IMG/VR virus record: IMGVR_UViG_3300027754_000047
Coordinates: 65,473-129,472 of that record
Source of the DNA: a virus
DNA length: 64,000 nucleotides
Reading direction: 5' to 3' (one strand)
Part shown: positions 18,900 through 28,274 of the stretch, in pieces
Position numbering within the stretch: position 1 is the stretch's first letter
Layout: each line of letters begins with the position of its first letter
Notes under the pieces: generated by a model
What the model was told of the DNA's origin: nothing
Databases searched by the model: none
Seen by the model: the letters and a program-made list of their open reading frames with translations, nothing else
Translations under genes and position numbers: made by a program

Positions 18900-20305
18900 T
18901 TCTTTTCCTCGTAGTTTGCGAATCGGGATTTAGATCTACGCGCAGCCCAGAAGTCAAAGAAGTCACCAAAGTCCACCAAGATACCTTTAACCTTGCCTGC
19001 TGTAATACGGCAGACTCGCCCAGGCATTTGAATGTCTTTAATAGGACTGGCCCCGCCATCAGCTCGCACTATAACGGAGAGTTGAGGAAAATCAACTCCC
19101 GTACTCCAGATTCCTGTTGCAATAACCCGCTTAGCTGTACCTGCACTAAAATCATTGCGCAGTTTTTCAACTTGCTTCTTAGTAATAGGCTCGCCTTCTA
19201 GTAACTTGCGTTGCTTGAAGTAAGTAGCTGACTCTGCATCCATATTGCCGTACACAACTTCAAAGTCCGGCAACAACTTTTTTAATTCTAATGCATGTTC
19301 GATCTTATCTACCAGTATGAGAATCTGAGGATCTTTATCTGTAATCCGCTTAGGTACCTCGTCGTAGATAACCCTAGCAATAGCGTTATTGCGAGCATGG
19401 TTCGCCCAATACGCTAAACGCAAGCGCTTAACGTCAGACGAGTACTTACGTATTGCATCCACTGGCTCGCAGGCCCAATTGACTCGCCATACTTCAATTG
19501 GTACCACCAAGCCTAGGTCAACTCCGTCCTCGTAATCAACCTTGCAGATCTTATTACCAAAGTAGGCCTCAATAGCCAGGTTGCTGTTATCCAACCTTTG
19601 ATCTGGACTAGCAGAATAAGAAATCATTTTGCAGCCCTCGAACTTAGGGTAGTACTCCAGGAAACTCGGAGTCAAAAGTTCGTGGACTTCATCTAATTGC
19701 ACTATATCGAACTTGTCCAACTCCAGGTGCCCTAAGGATCCAGACGTTGCAACAAGGGGATTGCCTTCTAAATGTTTATCGGAGTTCCAAACTCCTGTAG
19801 TAGAAAACACTGCAGCCAAACGCTTGTACAACTGATTACAAACGCTTTTAGATTTTGTGATTACCAGATGGCGCTGCTTAGGATAAAGCTGCACTATCTT
19901 TTCAACCACTACTCCCTTGCCGAAGCCAGTAAGAGCATCGACAATGCCGTTATCTGCTTTGCATATAGCATCTAACACTTCTAATTGCCCTGGCCTAAGC
20001 CCGACTATTTTGTCGAGCTTAGGCACCGGTAATTGCTTCTTACGCAGGTCAGTATACTGGGGAGCGTACCCTGTCTTTGCCAACAGGTGTAACGTTCGCT
20101 CCAGTAGTCCGCACGGAAAGTACATCCAGCCGTCATTGACAGCAAAGAGTTCTACTTCCTTACCTACGTACCTAGGGGCCCGACCCGGCTCTCGTACCTG
20201 GCTCCTATGAATATATGTGAACTCCTTACGTAGCCCGTCACAATGGGGCCCTTCTGGAGTGCGCAAATAGCGCATGATTCGCTGTAGTACAACTGGTTTT
20301 GACAT
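18872..20305 (-). CDS. Superfamily 2 helicase (UvsW/ResIII-like)
   Basis: LRPGQ (Q motif), ALTGFGKG, LDEVH, SASP, STGVDFP, QMPGRVCR. Start moved to ATG 20305, which has an AAAGGAAA RBS. Confidence 0.92.
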   Translation of the reverse strand: MSKPVVLQRIMRYLRTPEGPHCDGLRKEFTYIHRSQVREPGRAPRYVGKEVELFAVNDGWMYFPCGLLERTLHLLAKTGYAPQYTDLRKKQLPVPKLDKIVGLRPGQLEVLDAICKADNGIVDALTGFGKGVVVEKIVQLYPKQRHLVITKSKSVCNQLYKRLAAVFSTTGVWNSDKHLEGNPLVATSGSLGHLELDKFDIVQLDEVHELLTPSFLEYYPKFEGCKMISYSASPDQRLDNSNLAIEAYFGNKICKVDYEDGVDLGLVVPIEVWRVNWACEPVDAIRKYSSDVKRLRLAYWANHARNNAIARVIYDEVPKRITDKDPQILILVDKIEHALELKKLLPDFEVVYGNMDAESATYFKQRKLLEGEPITKKQVEKLRNDFSAGTAKRVIATGIWSTGVDFPQLSVIVRADGGASPIKDIQMPGRVCRITAGKVKGILVDFGDFFDFWAARRSKSRFANYEEKKWQIQDLLL

Positions 20306-20322
20306 AGTTTCCTTTAAACGGG

Positions 20323-22497
20323 TTAAGCCCCTTGTAGCGCAATATTGGTACACCCGTGTGCTGCCAATGCAGTGCTATGGGTAATGACGATAAATTGCCG
20401 ACCGGTCTGCTTACCTACCTTAGCCAAGTAACTAAATGCTTCAGCTAATTCTTGGGAGTTACCTTCTTGCATAGCGCCTGACGGTTCGTCTAATGCCAGA
20501 ATACCTAAGGTGCTGGCAAAGACGTCATTAACAGCTAAAAGGTAAGCAACACTGGCTTGCTGCTTTTGGCCGCCCGATAAGCGGTTAGCTCTATGCACTA
20601 AGCCGTCTGCCTTCCTGGCGGTAAACTCTAGGTTCTCATCTATGTATGCTGTAAACTCTGCATTAATAGTGCTTAGGTAAAAAGCTAATCGTGCATTTAA
20701 CTTACCCATGTATTGCAACGAAAGCAATTTAGGTAAGCCGTCCTTAAGCAATACGCCTGCTGCCTTTTCCAATACTCCCCTAAACTGTTCAATAGGTTTA
20801 ACTTGGGCCGCTCTAGTCACTTGCACTTGCAATCTAGATTTAGATCGGACCAACGCCTTATTAGCAGTTTCAAGAGCACCAGTGATGGTAGCCATTCGCA
20901 TACGCAACTGCAAGTGATCTTCTACCAACTTACTCAAACGAGCATGCTCATTGGGATCAAATATGGCTGGCGGTAAAGCCGCCATGTCCTTAGTAAGCCT
21001 AGTGCTGGTGTTGAGTTCGTTTTGTAAATGCCAATTTAACGAGGCTATATCATTCTCATGCCTGGTTACGGCTTGCTTAGCTTCGTCGTGCTTGCTTACC
21101 TTAAACGTAAGTTGCGCCTTAGAGTTAACATCCATTACTGGAGTATCTTTGAGTGAGTCTAGTTCCGATTGGGTTGTAGTTTGCTTGGTGTTCAAGCGCT
21201 CTACAGAGTCCAGCCAGTTCTTAGCTCGCACCTCATACTCAGCGTAAGCCTTAGTTGCTGCCTTTAGATTTACAATCATTTGTTCCGATTGTAACTTCAT
21301 GTCGGCTAAGGACTCCATTGTTTGTTGCATGGCACTTAAGTCATGTGCACATAGGCTAGTAGCAGTGCCGCATTCCGGGCAATTTCCGGCCAACGCTAAT
21401 TGCAGTCGTTTACTTTGTATAGCGAGTTCTTGCTTAGCGTAATCCCGTACTCCAGTAGCCTCATCTAGTTGCGCTTCAGTAGGTGCTGTATTAGCAGGAG
21501 TTTCAATTGTATTTGCTGCTAATTCTGCAAGCTGTTTATTTACTGTTGCTTGATCTTGATTCAGTTGAGCAATTCTGCTGTTAGCTTTTAGAATTGCGTC
21601 AATTGAATAGAGCAAACCTCGAGCAATTTCCGCCTCAGCAGCCAAGGTATCTACTAGTTCAGAGTTTGCTGCAAGCCCTAATTCGTGGGATCGCTTGCTA
21701 TTTTCAAAGTTAGCCTTAGATGCCGTAGAAACTTTTAATTCTGCCTCAAGTCGCTTGTACTGTTCGTTATTGCGCTTGACCAACTCCAAGGTATCCAGGC
21801 GTAAGTTAACGTCAACAATGTCCAAATCGGTAGCGGCGGATTTAAGCAAGCCAAACTCAGCTTGTTGCTTATCCAGTTCTCCTTGGTCCATATTAACATC
21901 TACCTGGGCTTGCTCCAAGGCTGCTTGCACGTCAGGCACTACTACTGAGCCCAGTAAATCTTTAATCTGCGCTCGCAGTATTTCTAACTCATTGGTTCTA
22001 GTAAGCGTATGAATAGTCTCCTTAAACTTAGCAGGAGTACTAGCCACTGGAGCAGTTATAGAATCTTGGTCCACAATTAAGTGCCCGTCAATAATACTGG
22101 CGGGAACCGGAATTAGACTTAATGTTCGCTCCAAAGCATCTCGAGACGAGGTAATCTCTTCTACTAGGCCGTCATCGCTTTCAATGGTTAGCCTGGGAAT
22201 GTTTAAGGTTGCAAATTGTTTATCCCCCGCAACGCACTTTGCAATGTGCAGGGTTTTATTACCTATACGCCAGGTTGCTACAAAGTAACAGGCCTCTTGG
22301 GGTGGAATACCCCAAGAGGCCCAGCTACTAGCATTCCCTGGAAACGTGTTCGTAAGGGAGGCTCGGATCATGGTTAGAATGGTGCTTTTGCCGCAGCCAA
22401 TTGGGCCAGTTACGACCGTCAAGGCTTCGTCGAAGCTAAATTCAAAATCACCTTTGAGTAATCCGATATTCCTCCCCCGCAGGGAGATTAGCTTCAT
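20323..22497 (-). CDS. sbcC: SbcC/Rad50/gp46-like SMC ATPase
   Basis: GPIGCGKST, Q-loop VDQ, coiled coil with CPEC hook, LSGGQ, ALDEP, ITH. Confidence 0.93.
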   Translation of the reverse strand: MKLISLRGRNIGLLKGDFEFSFDEALTVVTGPIGCGKSTILTMIRASLTNTFPGNASSWASWGIPPQEACYFVATWRIGNKTLHIAKCVAGDKQFATLNIPRLTIESDDGLVEEITSSRDALERTLSLIPVPASIIDGHLIVDQDSITAPVASTPAKFKETIHTLTRTNELEILRAQIKDLLGSVVVPDVQAALEQAQVDVNMDQGELDKQQAEFGLLKSAATDLDIVDVNLRLDTLELVKRNNEQYKRLEAELKVSTASKANFENSKRSHELGLAANSELVDTLAAEAEIARGLLYSIDAILKANSRIAQLNQDQATVNKQLAELAANTIETPANTAPTEAQLDEATGVRDYAKQELAIQSKRLQLALAGNCPECGTATSLCAHDLSAMQQTMESLADMKLQSEQMIVNLKAATKAYAEYEVRAKNWLDSVERLNTKQTTTQSELDSLKDTPVMDVNSKAQLTFKVSKHDEAKQAVTRHENDIASLNWHLQNELNTSTRLTKDMAALPPAIFDPNEHARLSKLVEDHLQLRMRMATITGALETANKALVRSKSRLQVQVTRAAQVKPIEQFRGVLEKAAGVLLKDGLPKLLSLQYMGKLNARLAFYLSTINAEFTAYIDENLEFTARKADGLVHRANRLSGGQKQQASVAYLLAVNDVFASTLGILALDEPSGAMQEGNSQELAEAFSYLAKVGKQTGRQFIVITHSTALAAHGCTNIALQGA

Positions 22498-22500
22498 AGA

Positions 22501-23073
22501 TTAAGTGCTCTTACGTTGACGACCCTTTGGGCGGACTTGGATGTTGTTAACCTTAAGGCAATTGATAACGCAAGAAACTGAAACTCCAAACTTCTCTGCC
22601 AAAGCTTTAGTTCCCACGCCCTCTTCGTAAAGTCGAGTAACCTCAGCAGCATGTGCTGTGAGCTTGTGCGGCCGACCTCGACCGCGCTTTACAGCAGGAT
22701 CCACAATCGGATTTGTTGAATTCTTAGGCTTAGCTGGTTTGGCTTCTTTTGTCTTAAACGTAGAGCACTTTGCTGCTGTACCGACTAAGTCTTGTTGCCG
22801 TACGTACTCTGCGCAATATTCAACTGAAGGAACGTCTGCGTCTGCGGAGTTAGAAATATCGTCTTCTTCCTGCTCTTCTTCCTGCTCTTCTTCCTGCTCT
22901 TCTTCTGGATCTACTTCATCCTCAAAGGGTTCCTCGTCGTTATCCGGATCTACAGCAGGACTCTCCTCTTCCTCGTCAGAATCCGGCCTTGCGTTCGAGG
23001 GGCGAGCAGTTGCCTCAATGCTATCGTTTTCTTCATCAAAGTCACCAGAAAGGATTCGATCAATAATTGACAT
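22501..23073 (-). CDS. Acidic N-terminal protein with AT-hook and C-terminal helix-turn-helix
   Basis: D/E-rich tract with EEEQ repeats; KRGRGRP; LYEEGVGTKALAEKFGVSVSCVINCLK. ATG 23073 has an AAAGGAAA RBS. Confidence 0.75.
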   Translation of the reverse strand: MSIIDRILSGDFDEENDSIEATARPSNARPDSDEEEESPAVDPDNDEEPFEDEVDPEEEQEEEQEEEQEEDDISNSADADVPSVEYCAEYVRQQDLVGTAAKCSTFKTKEAKPAKPKNSTNPIVDPAVKRGRGRPHKLTAHAAEVTRLYEEGVGTKALAEKFGVSVSCVINCLKVNNIQVRPKGRQRKST

Positions 23074-23095
23074 GGGTTGTTTTCCTTTACTCAAG

Positions 23096-23812
23096 TTAGC
23101 GGCCTACCTTAATTAGAGCTTCTTTAGTCACATCTTGAATTGGGCAGAATGTGCCCTTATTACGCAGAATATTTTCCATGATCGCGGTCAAACGCTTTGT
23201 AGCATTGGGGTATTGTTGCTTGTAACCCACCGCCAACGTCCAAGACTCGTCTTCGTCAGGCGAGTACATACCGTCCCCGCCTTCAAAGCAAGATTCGATG
23301 AGCTCCAATTGAGCTATCAAGAAATAGTTAGAAAGGGGACTGCTGCCGAGGTCTTCAAAGACAGCACTTGGGCAATCGGTACCCATATCCACCTTCATGT
23401 TGTCAAAGATTCGGGCGGTTGAAAGAAAGATAGAACCCAATGCACAGCATTTGCACTTGGTAATACCTAATGCAAAGTCTCTGATACTGCAACTGGGGTC
23501 GTTGCCGTACTGGGGGAGCAGATTCACAGCGGAATCAAAGTCACCCAACTTAGAATCTTCCGCCCAAAAGCCTTGAGTTGGGATAATGACCTTGGCCTTG
23601 AGTTGAGCCAACACATCTCGGGCAATTGTGCAACGTGTTTCGGCCTTAGTTTGAGCCTTGGCCTTAACGGTAGGCTTAGTTGGAGCCTTGGCCTTAACGG
23701 TAGGCTTAGTTGGGGCCTTAACGGTAGGCTTAGTTGGGGCCTTGGTCTTAACGGCTGAACGCTTGGTTGGTTGCTTAACAGTACGCTTGGTTGTTTTCGT
23801 AGTAGTACTCAT
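23096..23812 (-). CDS. Phage protein with basic histone-H1-like N-terminal repeats
   Basis: KAPTKPTV repeats followed by a globular domain with CKCCALG and RLTAIMENIL. Confidence 0.7.
   Translation of the reverse strand: MSTTTKTTKRTVKQPTKRSAVKTKAPTKPTVKAPTKPTVKAKAPTKPTVKAKAQTKAETRCTIARDVLAQLKAKVIIPTQGFWAEDSKLGDFDSAVNLLPQYGNDPSCSIRDFALGITKCKCCALGSIFLSTARIFDNMKVDMGTDCPSAVFEDLGSSPLSNYFLIAQLELIESCFEGGDGMYSPDEDESWTLAVGYKQQYPNATKRLTAIMENILRNKGTFCPIQDVTKEALIKVGR
23640..23752 (-). repeat. Tandem 24-30 bp coding repeats (KAPTKPTV[KA])
   Basis: ggccttaacggtaggcttagttgg occurs about three times, plus partial copies. Confidence 0.88.
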
Positions 23813-23815
23813 AAT

Positions 23816-24931
23816 TCAAACTCCTACCTTTAATTTGAGATTGGTAACGGCGATGTCGAATCCCGCTGCCATTGCTTGCTGGATAAATGTTATTGCTGCT
23901 GCTTCTGTTTCGTCTGACTCGTTTAGCAGCTTACGTAATGCAGTTGCTAAATCTATTTTTTCTGTAAGGGATCCCTTTATTTCAGTTAGATCTTGATCGT
24001 GGCTGTGGTCTATCTTCTTAAATACAAAGGCTTGTTCCTCCAAATCTTGTAGTAACTTGGCTGTATCGGCATCCATGTTTGCAGGTAATACGACGTGTAT
24101 TCTAGGTACCTTAGCGCCCGTGTAGTGCTGAAGCTCAGAAATATAGGGCAAGGCTTTAACGTTGTCAACCCACTTTAAAGTATTTTCAAGATCTGTTTTA
24201 GTTGTAGCCTTTAAGTGTAAGTAGGGTCTGCACTTTAAAGGAACTCGCTCTATGCTCAAATCATCATATACTAAAATAAATGACTTAGCTTCGGGCTCGC
24301 CCACCCGATGCATCCACATAGACCCTGAGTATAAAAATCTAGTGCCGCCAGCACCACGATGATCCCACTCCATATGTATATCGCCCATAAGGGCTAGTCG
24401 GTACCTACCGTCAAACCAATCCAAGTCCATATCGCATATGGGCTTCTCATCCTTGGGGAGCCCCAGCCACGGAATAACTTGTTCTGCAAATCCATGCAAA
24501 ATCACGATATCCGCAGGCTGGGGCTCCTGTTCAGCTAAGTAGGTTTCCCACATTTTCCGAGGCCTCCAGTTAAAACCACAGACTGTGTAGCCTGCAATAA
24601 TAACTGGTGCACCCTCTAGATTAACTGCAACCGCTGCCGCACCGCCTTCTAGTGAAAGTCTTTTAAACCCTCGCTCATGGTTGCCGTCTACGTACCACAC
24701 AGGCTGCTGCATCCTTGCAAGTTCCTTGCGTAAAGCTACTGTGTGTTCGTCACTAATTGTGGGAGTATCTACTTGGTCACCGCCAAGGATCAATGGAATG
24801 GTCAACTTTAGGCACGTGTCTACAACTTGCTTTAGCGCATAAAGATCATCACCTTTCAATTCCTTTACGGATCGATAGGCGGATTCTCTAGCTTGCAAGT
24901 CTGCACAAAATGCCAAAATTGGTTTACGCAT
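23816..24931 (-). CDS. sbcD: SbcD/Mre11/gp47-like metallophosphoesterase nuclease
   Basis: ADLQ, GGDQVD, GNHE, ILHG, MGDIH, YSGS; partner of the nearby SbcC-like gene. Confidence 0.88.
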   Translation of the reverse strand: MRKPILAFCADLQARESAYRSVKELKGDDLYALKQVVDTCLKLTIPLILGGDQVDTPTISDEHTVALRKELARMQQPVWYVDGNHERGFKRLSLEGGAAAVAVNLEGAPVIIAGYTVCGFNWRPRKMWETYLAEQEPQPADIVILHGFAEQVIPWLGLPKDEKPICDMDLDWFDGRYRLALMGDIHMEWDHRGAGGTRFLYSGSMWMHRVGEPEAKSFILVYDDLSIERVPLKCRPYLHLKATTKTDLENTLKWVDNVKALPYISELQHYTGAKVPRIHVVLPANMDADTAKLLQDLEEQAFVFKKIDHSHDQDLTEIKGSLTEKIDLATALRKLLNESDETEAAAITFIQQAMAAGFDIAVTNLKLKVGV

Positions 24932-24944
24932 TAGTTCCTTAGTG

Positions 24945-25274
24945 TCATTTGTTAGAGGTATCTGTATCCAACGGGGTTATTGTCCGCAATAGCCACAAAG
25001 CCAGCAGACTTGTAAGCAAGCATATTCCTACCCAGCGCCAAAGGCCCAACCCAAAGGCCAAACAGTGCAGGGAAGTTAGTACTAGGGTTACTTGTACTGT
25101 AAGACACGTTGCACACGATATCATTTTCTGTAGGAAGGACTCTTGTTTGTCCGCCCAAACCATTATCGTGTCCACGGTCAAATCAAAGTTATGTAAACCC
25201 CAAACTACCATGTACACCATGGGGCCCAACAGTATAGACGAGCTTGCCACACCTATGAGGTAATCTATTAGCAT
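24945..25274 (-). CDS. Small membrane protein with CxxC (DUF1360-like)
   Basis: About three hydrophobic segments; MISCATCLTVQV. Confidence 0.55.
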   Translation of the reverse strand: MLIDYLIGVASSSILLGPMVYMVVWGLHNFDLTVDTIMVWADKQESFLQKMISCATCLTVQVTLVLTSLHCLAFGLGLWRWVGICLLTSLLALWLLRTITPLDTDTSNK

Positions 25275-25276
25275 TG

Positions 25277-25405
25277 TTAACCTTTAGCCTTTAGGTACCC
25301 ACATATTAAGGCACCCAAAAATAGCATGGAAAATGCCATGCATGGGTTAATAAAGATAAACACCAACAATATTACTGCTGCTATGGATACAAACGGGGCA
25401 TTCAT
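25277..25405 (-). CDS. 42-aa hydrophobic membrane peptide
   Basis: Below the ORF-track cutoff. Manual translation MNAPFVSIAAVILLVFIFINPCMAFSMLFLGALICGYLKAKG* fills the gap between neighbours. Confidence 0.55.
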   Translation of the reverse strand: MNAPFVSIAAVILLVFIFINPCMAFSMLFLGALICGYLKAKG

Positions 25406-25417
25406 GTAGTAAGAGCT

Positions 25418-25591
25418 TCATTGTAATGGGGTGGAGGTTTTAGGTTGCAGTATTGAGGGTATTTGAGTTAAATCTATAGCGGACTTTGGTTCGCTAATGA
25501 CCACTGCTTCATCAAAACCTTCTAGCTTATTGCGCTTTAGAAACTCATCCGGCGCTGTTGACTTTGGCACTTCGGCCTCATTGTCGCTCAT
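25418..25591 (-). CDS. Small hypothetical protein
   Basis: MSDNEAEVPK... preceded by a strong GGAGGAGG RBS. Confidence 0.6.
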   Translation of the reverse strand: MSDNEAEVPKSTAPDEFLKRNKLEGFDEAVVISEPKSAIDLTQIPSILQPKTSTPLQ

Positions 25592-26003
25592 TTGCTGCCT
25601 CCTCCAAACCAAATGTTTTGAAACTCCAAGCTGCCACTTCCACCAAGGCTAAACTATCTTGGATTAAACTTAACAACGTAGTAGCGTCCATCATAATTTG
25701 CCAAGGCTCTAAACCTTCCGGCGGACAAAGAGTATGGACATTACACTTACGGAGATCCCCCGAACTCCCACAAGTAAGCTTATTAACAGCCCTACTTGCA
25801 GTACCAGCCCAAGCACGTTTAACACTACCTTCGGTCCAAAGTAGTACTCCTAGAATATTTGCTTTTGCTATACTCAACGAGCCCAACTCGATATTTAGCT
25901 CCTCTGGCTCGTCGTATTCTTCGCCTGTATTCGTATCTTGGCTGTACAAGATGAAGATCTTTGTATCATTTGCGAGACCGTTTTGCGAACTTGGGTTGAC
26001 CAT
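25578..26003 (-). CDS. Hypothetical protein, first gene of the leftward replication block
   Basis: 141-aa ORF divergent from the terminase. Confidence 0.55.
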   Translation of the reverse strand: MVNPSSQNGLANDTKIFILYSQDTNTGEEYDEPEELNIELGSLSIAKANILGVLLWTEGSVKRAWAGTASRAVNKLTCGSSGDLRKCNVHTLCPPEGLEPWQIMMDATTLLSLIQDSLALVEVAAWSFKTFGLEEAANERQ

Positions 26004-26167
26004 TAAACTCTTCTTTCTTTCTGTCGTTTACTAATTTATGTAAGATGTCAAACAAAAGTTTGCCACCAATTATTATGAATATTGCTAAACTGATAGTGAG
26101 GTGGTAAACTGATTTTGCAAACAAATTCCACCACTGCCACAGGTTGGCGGTATTTTTTGAGGTCTCC

Positions 26168-28090
26168 ATGAATTTCTCCGAGCAAATAGATGACTCTAAA
26201 CCAAAGCTTAATGCGTTGGTACCCACTTGGGTCCGAGACATTGCTAAGGATATTAAATCAATATGCGACATAGACAATATCGATGATATGGTATTTTCGT
26301 TGCCCCCGGAAAAGATTAAGGAGCTATATGCCAAATTGAACATGGCTGATTTTGCAAAGTTTATGGATATGACGTTGCAGACGAGTAAGGGTAGCCCATT
26401 GCGCCTTACTTCCATGCTGCGCTTAAACGGCAAACCTTTTACCTTAGCCAAGCACCGTTTCTTTGAGCCTATGTTCTACCCTAGCATTCCGGATAGAACT
26501 TTATTGGTATGTGGGCGCCAGGTGGGTAAGAGCACCCATATTGCAGCCCAAGGAGTATTGCAAGCAGCAGCCATCAGTAGATTCAAACTACTATTCATGG
26601 CCCCCCAGTTCGAACAGATCCGCCGATTTAGCCACCAATACATTCGGCAGTTCGTAACTGAGTCATACATCAAACCCCTTTTAATCGACGACACTTGCAT
26701 AGACTCGGTCTTGCATAAGTCCTTTAAGAATGGGTCTGAAGTGTGGTTTAGTTTTGCACTGCTATCAGTAGATCGTATTCGTGGTCTTTCCGTGGACGGC
26801 ATTCGAATAGACGAGATCCAAGACCTTAACCCAGAGTTCCTAGACATTGTCCGAGAGTGTATGTCTGCTTCTACCAGGCGCAGCGAAATGTACGCTGGCA
26901 CCAGTAAGACCATTGATAACCTTATTGAACAGCTTCGACTGCAATCTTCTCAAGCTGAGTGGTTTATGCGCTGTAACGCATGCAATCACTGGAATATTCC
27001 AACCGTAGATGGCTCAGGTACAGGCCTGGGCGTTATGGAGATGATTCGACCTGAGGGTTTATCTTGCGCTAAATGCCACTGCTTACTTAATCCCGAGCAA
27101 GGGCAATGGGTGCACCGCCATCCTGAACGAGTAGACCGCTTTCCCAGCTACCACGTATCGCAAGCTATTGCCCCAGTGCATTACGGCAACCCAAAGAACT
27201 GGCGCCAGTTGTTGCTTAAGCGAGAACTCATGCCTACCGCTACGTTTATTAACGAAGTGTTGGGTGAAGCTTGCGATGAAGGCCAACGATTAGTCAGTCA
27301 AACCGAATTACAACAAGTTTGTGTGCTGCCGCCGAACTCAAAAGAGCGAGCAGCAGACATATACAAGTATTCAGACCGCATTTTAGGTATTGACTGGGGT
27401 GGTAAGGGCTCCAGATTCCAATCTATGACTGCTGCGGCTGTTGCTTGCTACTCCGGCACCTCAAATTGTATTGACGTGGTGTTTGGCCACGTGTTTCCCG
27501 CCTTACTAGACTCAGTTATTGAGACCAAAGAGGTTATTGAGCTTGCTAATATGTTCAAATGCACCAGCATTGCGCACGATGTCGCTGTTGCGGGTGAGAT
27601 TCGACTCAGTATTATGCGGGATTTGGGTGTACAGCAGCATCGACTCATCAATTGTCGCTATGCAGGAGGCGGAAACCTCAAAGGAATCATTCAATTCGTA
27701 CCAGCAAGCGACGTTAACCCAAATACTTACTACAATTTGGACAAAAGTCGCCTAATTGCTGCTGTTTGCTTAGCCATTAAGAACAAAAGCATCAGATTTC
27801 CCCAATATGAATCGTTAAAAGATGGAGCAGGGGAGAATTTCTTACTGCATTTTCTTGCGGTATACGAAGAAACCTCTGAAAGTAACTTTGGTACCGAAAA
27901 AAGGTTCATTAAAAGGAACCCTGGAATGCCTGATGACTTCCTACATGCGGTAGCTTTTGCCGTTATTACCTTATGGCGGCGCTATCCAGAACTAATTCCC
28001 AACCTTTCGGATGAGGTGCTTTCCGAAGCTGAAGCTGCTCACCTTGCAGATCCTAGTGCCCAGTACTACAACAGCATGAACTTAGACTAA
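26168..28090 (+). CDS. Terminase large subunit, lambda GpA family
   Basis: Walker A CGRQVGKST, RIRGLSVD..IDEIQD Walker B, Zn motifs CNAC and CAKC, FINEVLG, nuclease LGIDWG, C-terminal PDDFLHA. ATG 26168 follows a GAGG RBS. Confidence 0.92.
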   Translation: MNFSEQIDDSKPKLNALVPTWVRDIAKDIKSICDIDNIDDMVFSLPPEKIKELYAKLNMADFAKFMDMTLQTSKGSPLRLTSMLRLNGKPFTLAKHRFFEPMFYPSIPDRTLLVCGRQVGKSTHIAAQGVLQAAAISRFKLLFMAPQFEQIRRFSHQYIRQFVTESYIKPLLIDDTCIDSVLHKSFKNGSEVWFSFALLSVDRIRGLSVDGIRIDEIQDLNPEFLDIVRECMSASTRRSEMYAGTSKTIDNLIEQLRLQSSQAEWFMRCNACNHWNIPTVDGSGTGLGVMEMIRPEGLSCAKCHCLLNPEQGQWVHRHPERVDRFPSYHVSQAIAPVHYGNPKNWRQLLLKRELMPTATFINEVLGEACDEGQRLVSQTELQQVCVLPPNSKERAADIYKYSDRILGIDWGGKGSRFQSMTAAAVACYSGTSNCIDVVFGHVFPALLDSVIETKEVIELANMFKCTSIAHDVAVAGEIRLSIMRDLGVQQHRLINCRYAGGGNLKGIIQFVPASDVNPNTYYNLDKSRLIAAVCLAIKNKSIRFPQYESLKDGAGENFLLHFLAVYEETSESNFGTEKRFIKRNPGMPDDFLHAVAFAVITLWRRYPELIPNLSDEVLSEAEAAHLADPSAQYYNSMNLD

Positions 28091-28125
28091 TAGTTAAGTA
28101 GTAAGGGTTAAATAGTCTTATTAAG

Positions 28126-28202
28126 TAACTAGCTCCAAGTATCCTTACGTAATACCTCACTTAAAAGTGAGGTATTAGTAGGAAGGGCATTGAAGCTAGT
28201 TA
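28126..28202. terminator. Inverted repeat between convergent genes, probable terminator or structured element
   Basis: Core TAATACCTCACT-taaa-AGTGAGGTATTA (28150-28177) with outer arms TAACTAGCT...AGCTAGTTA. Confidence 0.55.
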
Positions 28203-28274
28203 TGGTTTATGGTTATTTTGGTGAATTGGCTTAGCTTTGAACAGCTATGAAACCACCAATCTATTATAACGCAT

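Noticed and set aside
25966-26451. 161-aa minus-strand ORF as a possible small terminase
   Set aside because: It is largely antisense to the terminase N-terminus and spans the divergent promoter gap, with no TerS features.
1-28090. Inteins or introns in RNR, PolA, helicases or terminase
   Set aside because: Conserved motifs are contiguous at normal spacing, with no intein termini or LAGLIDADG insertions evident.
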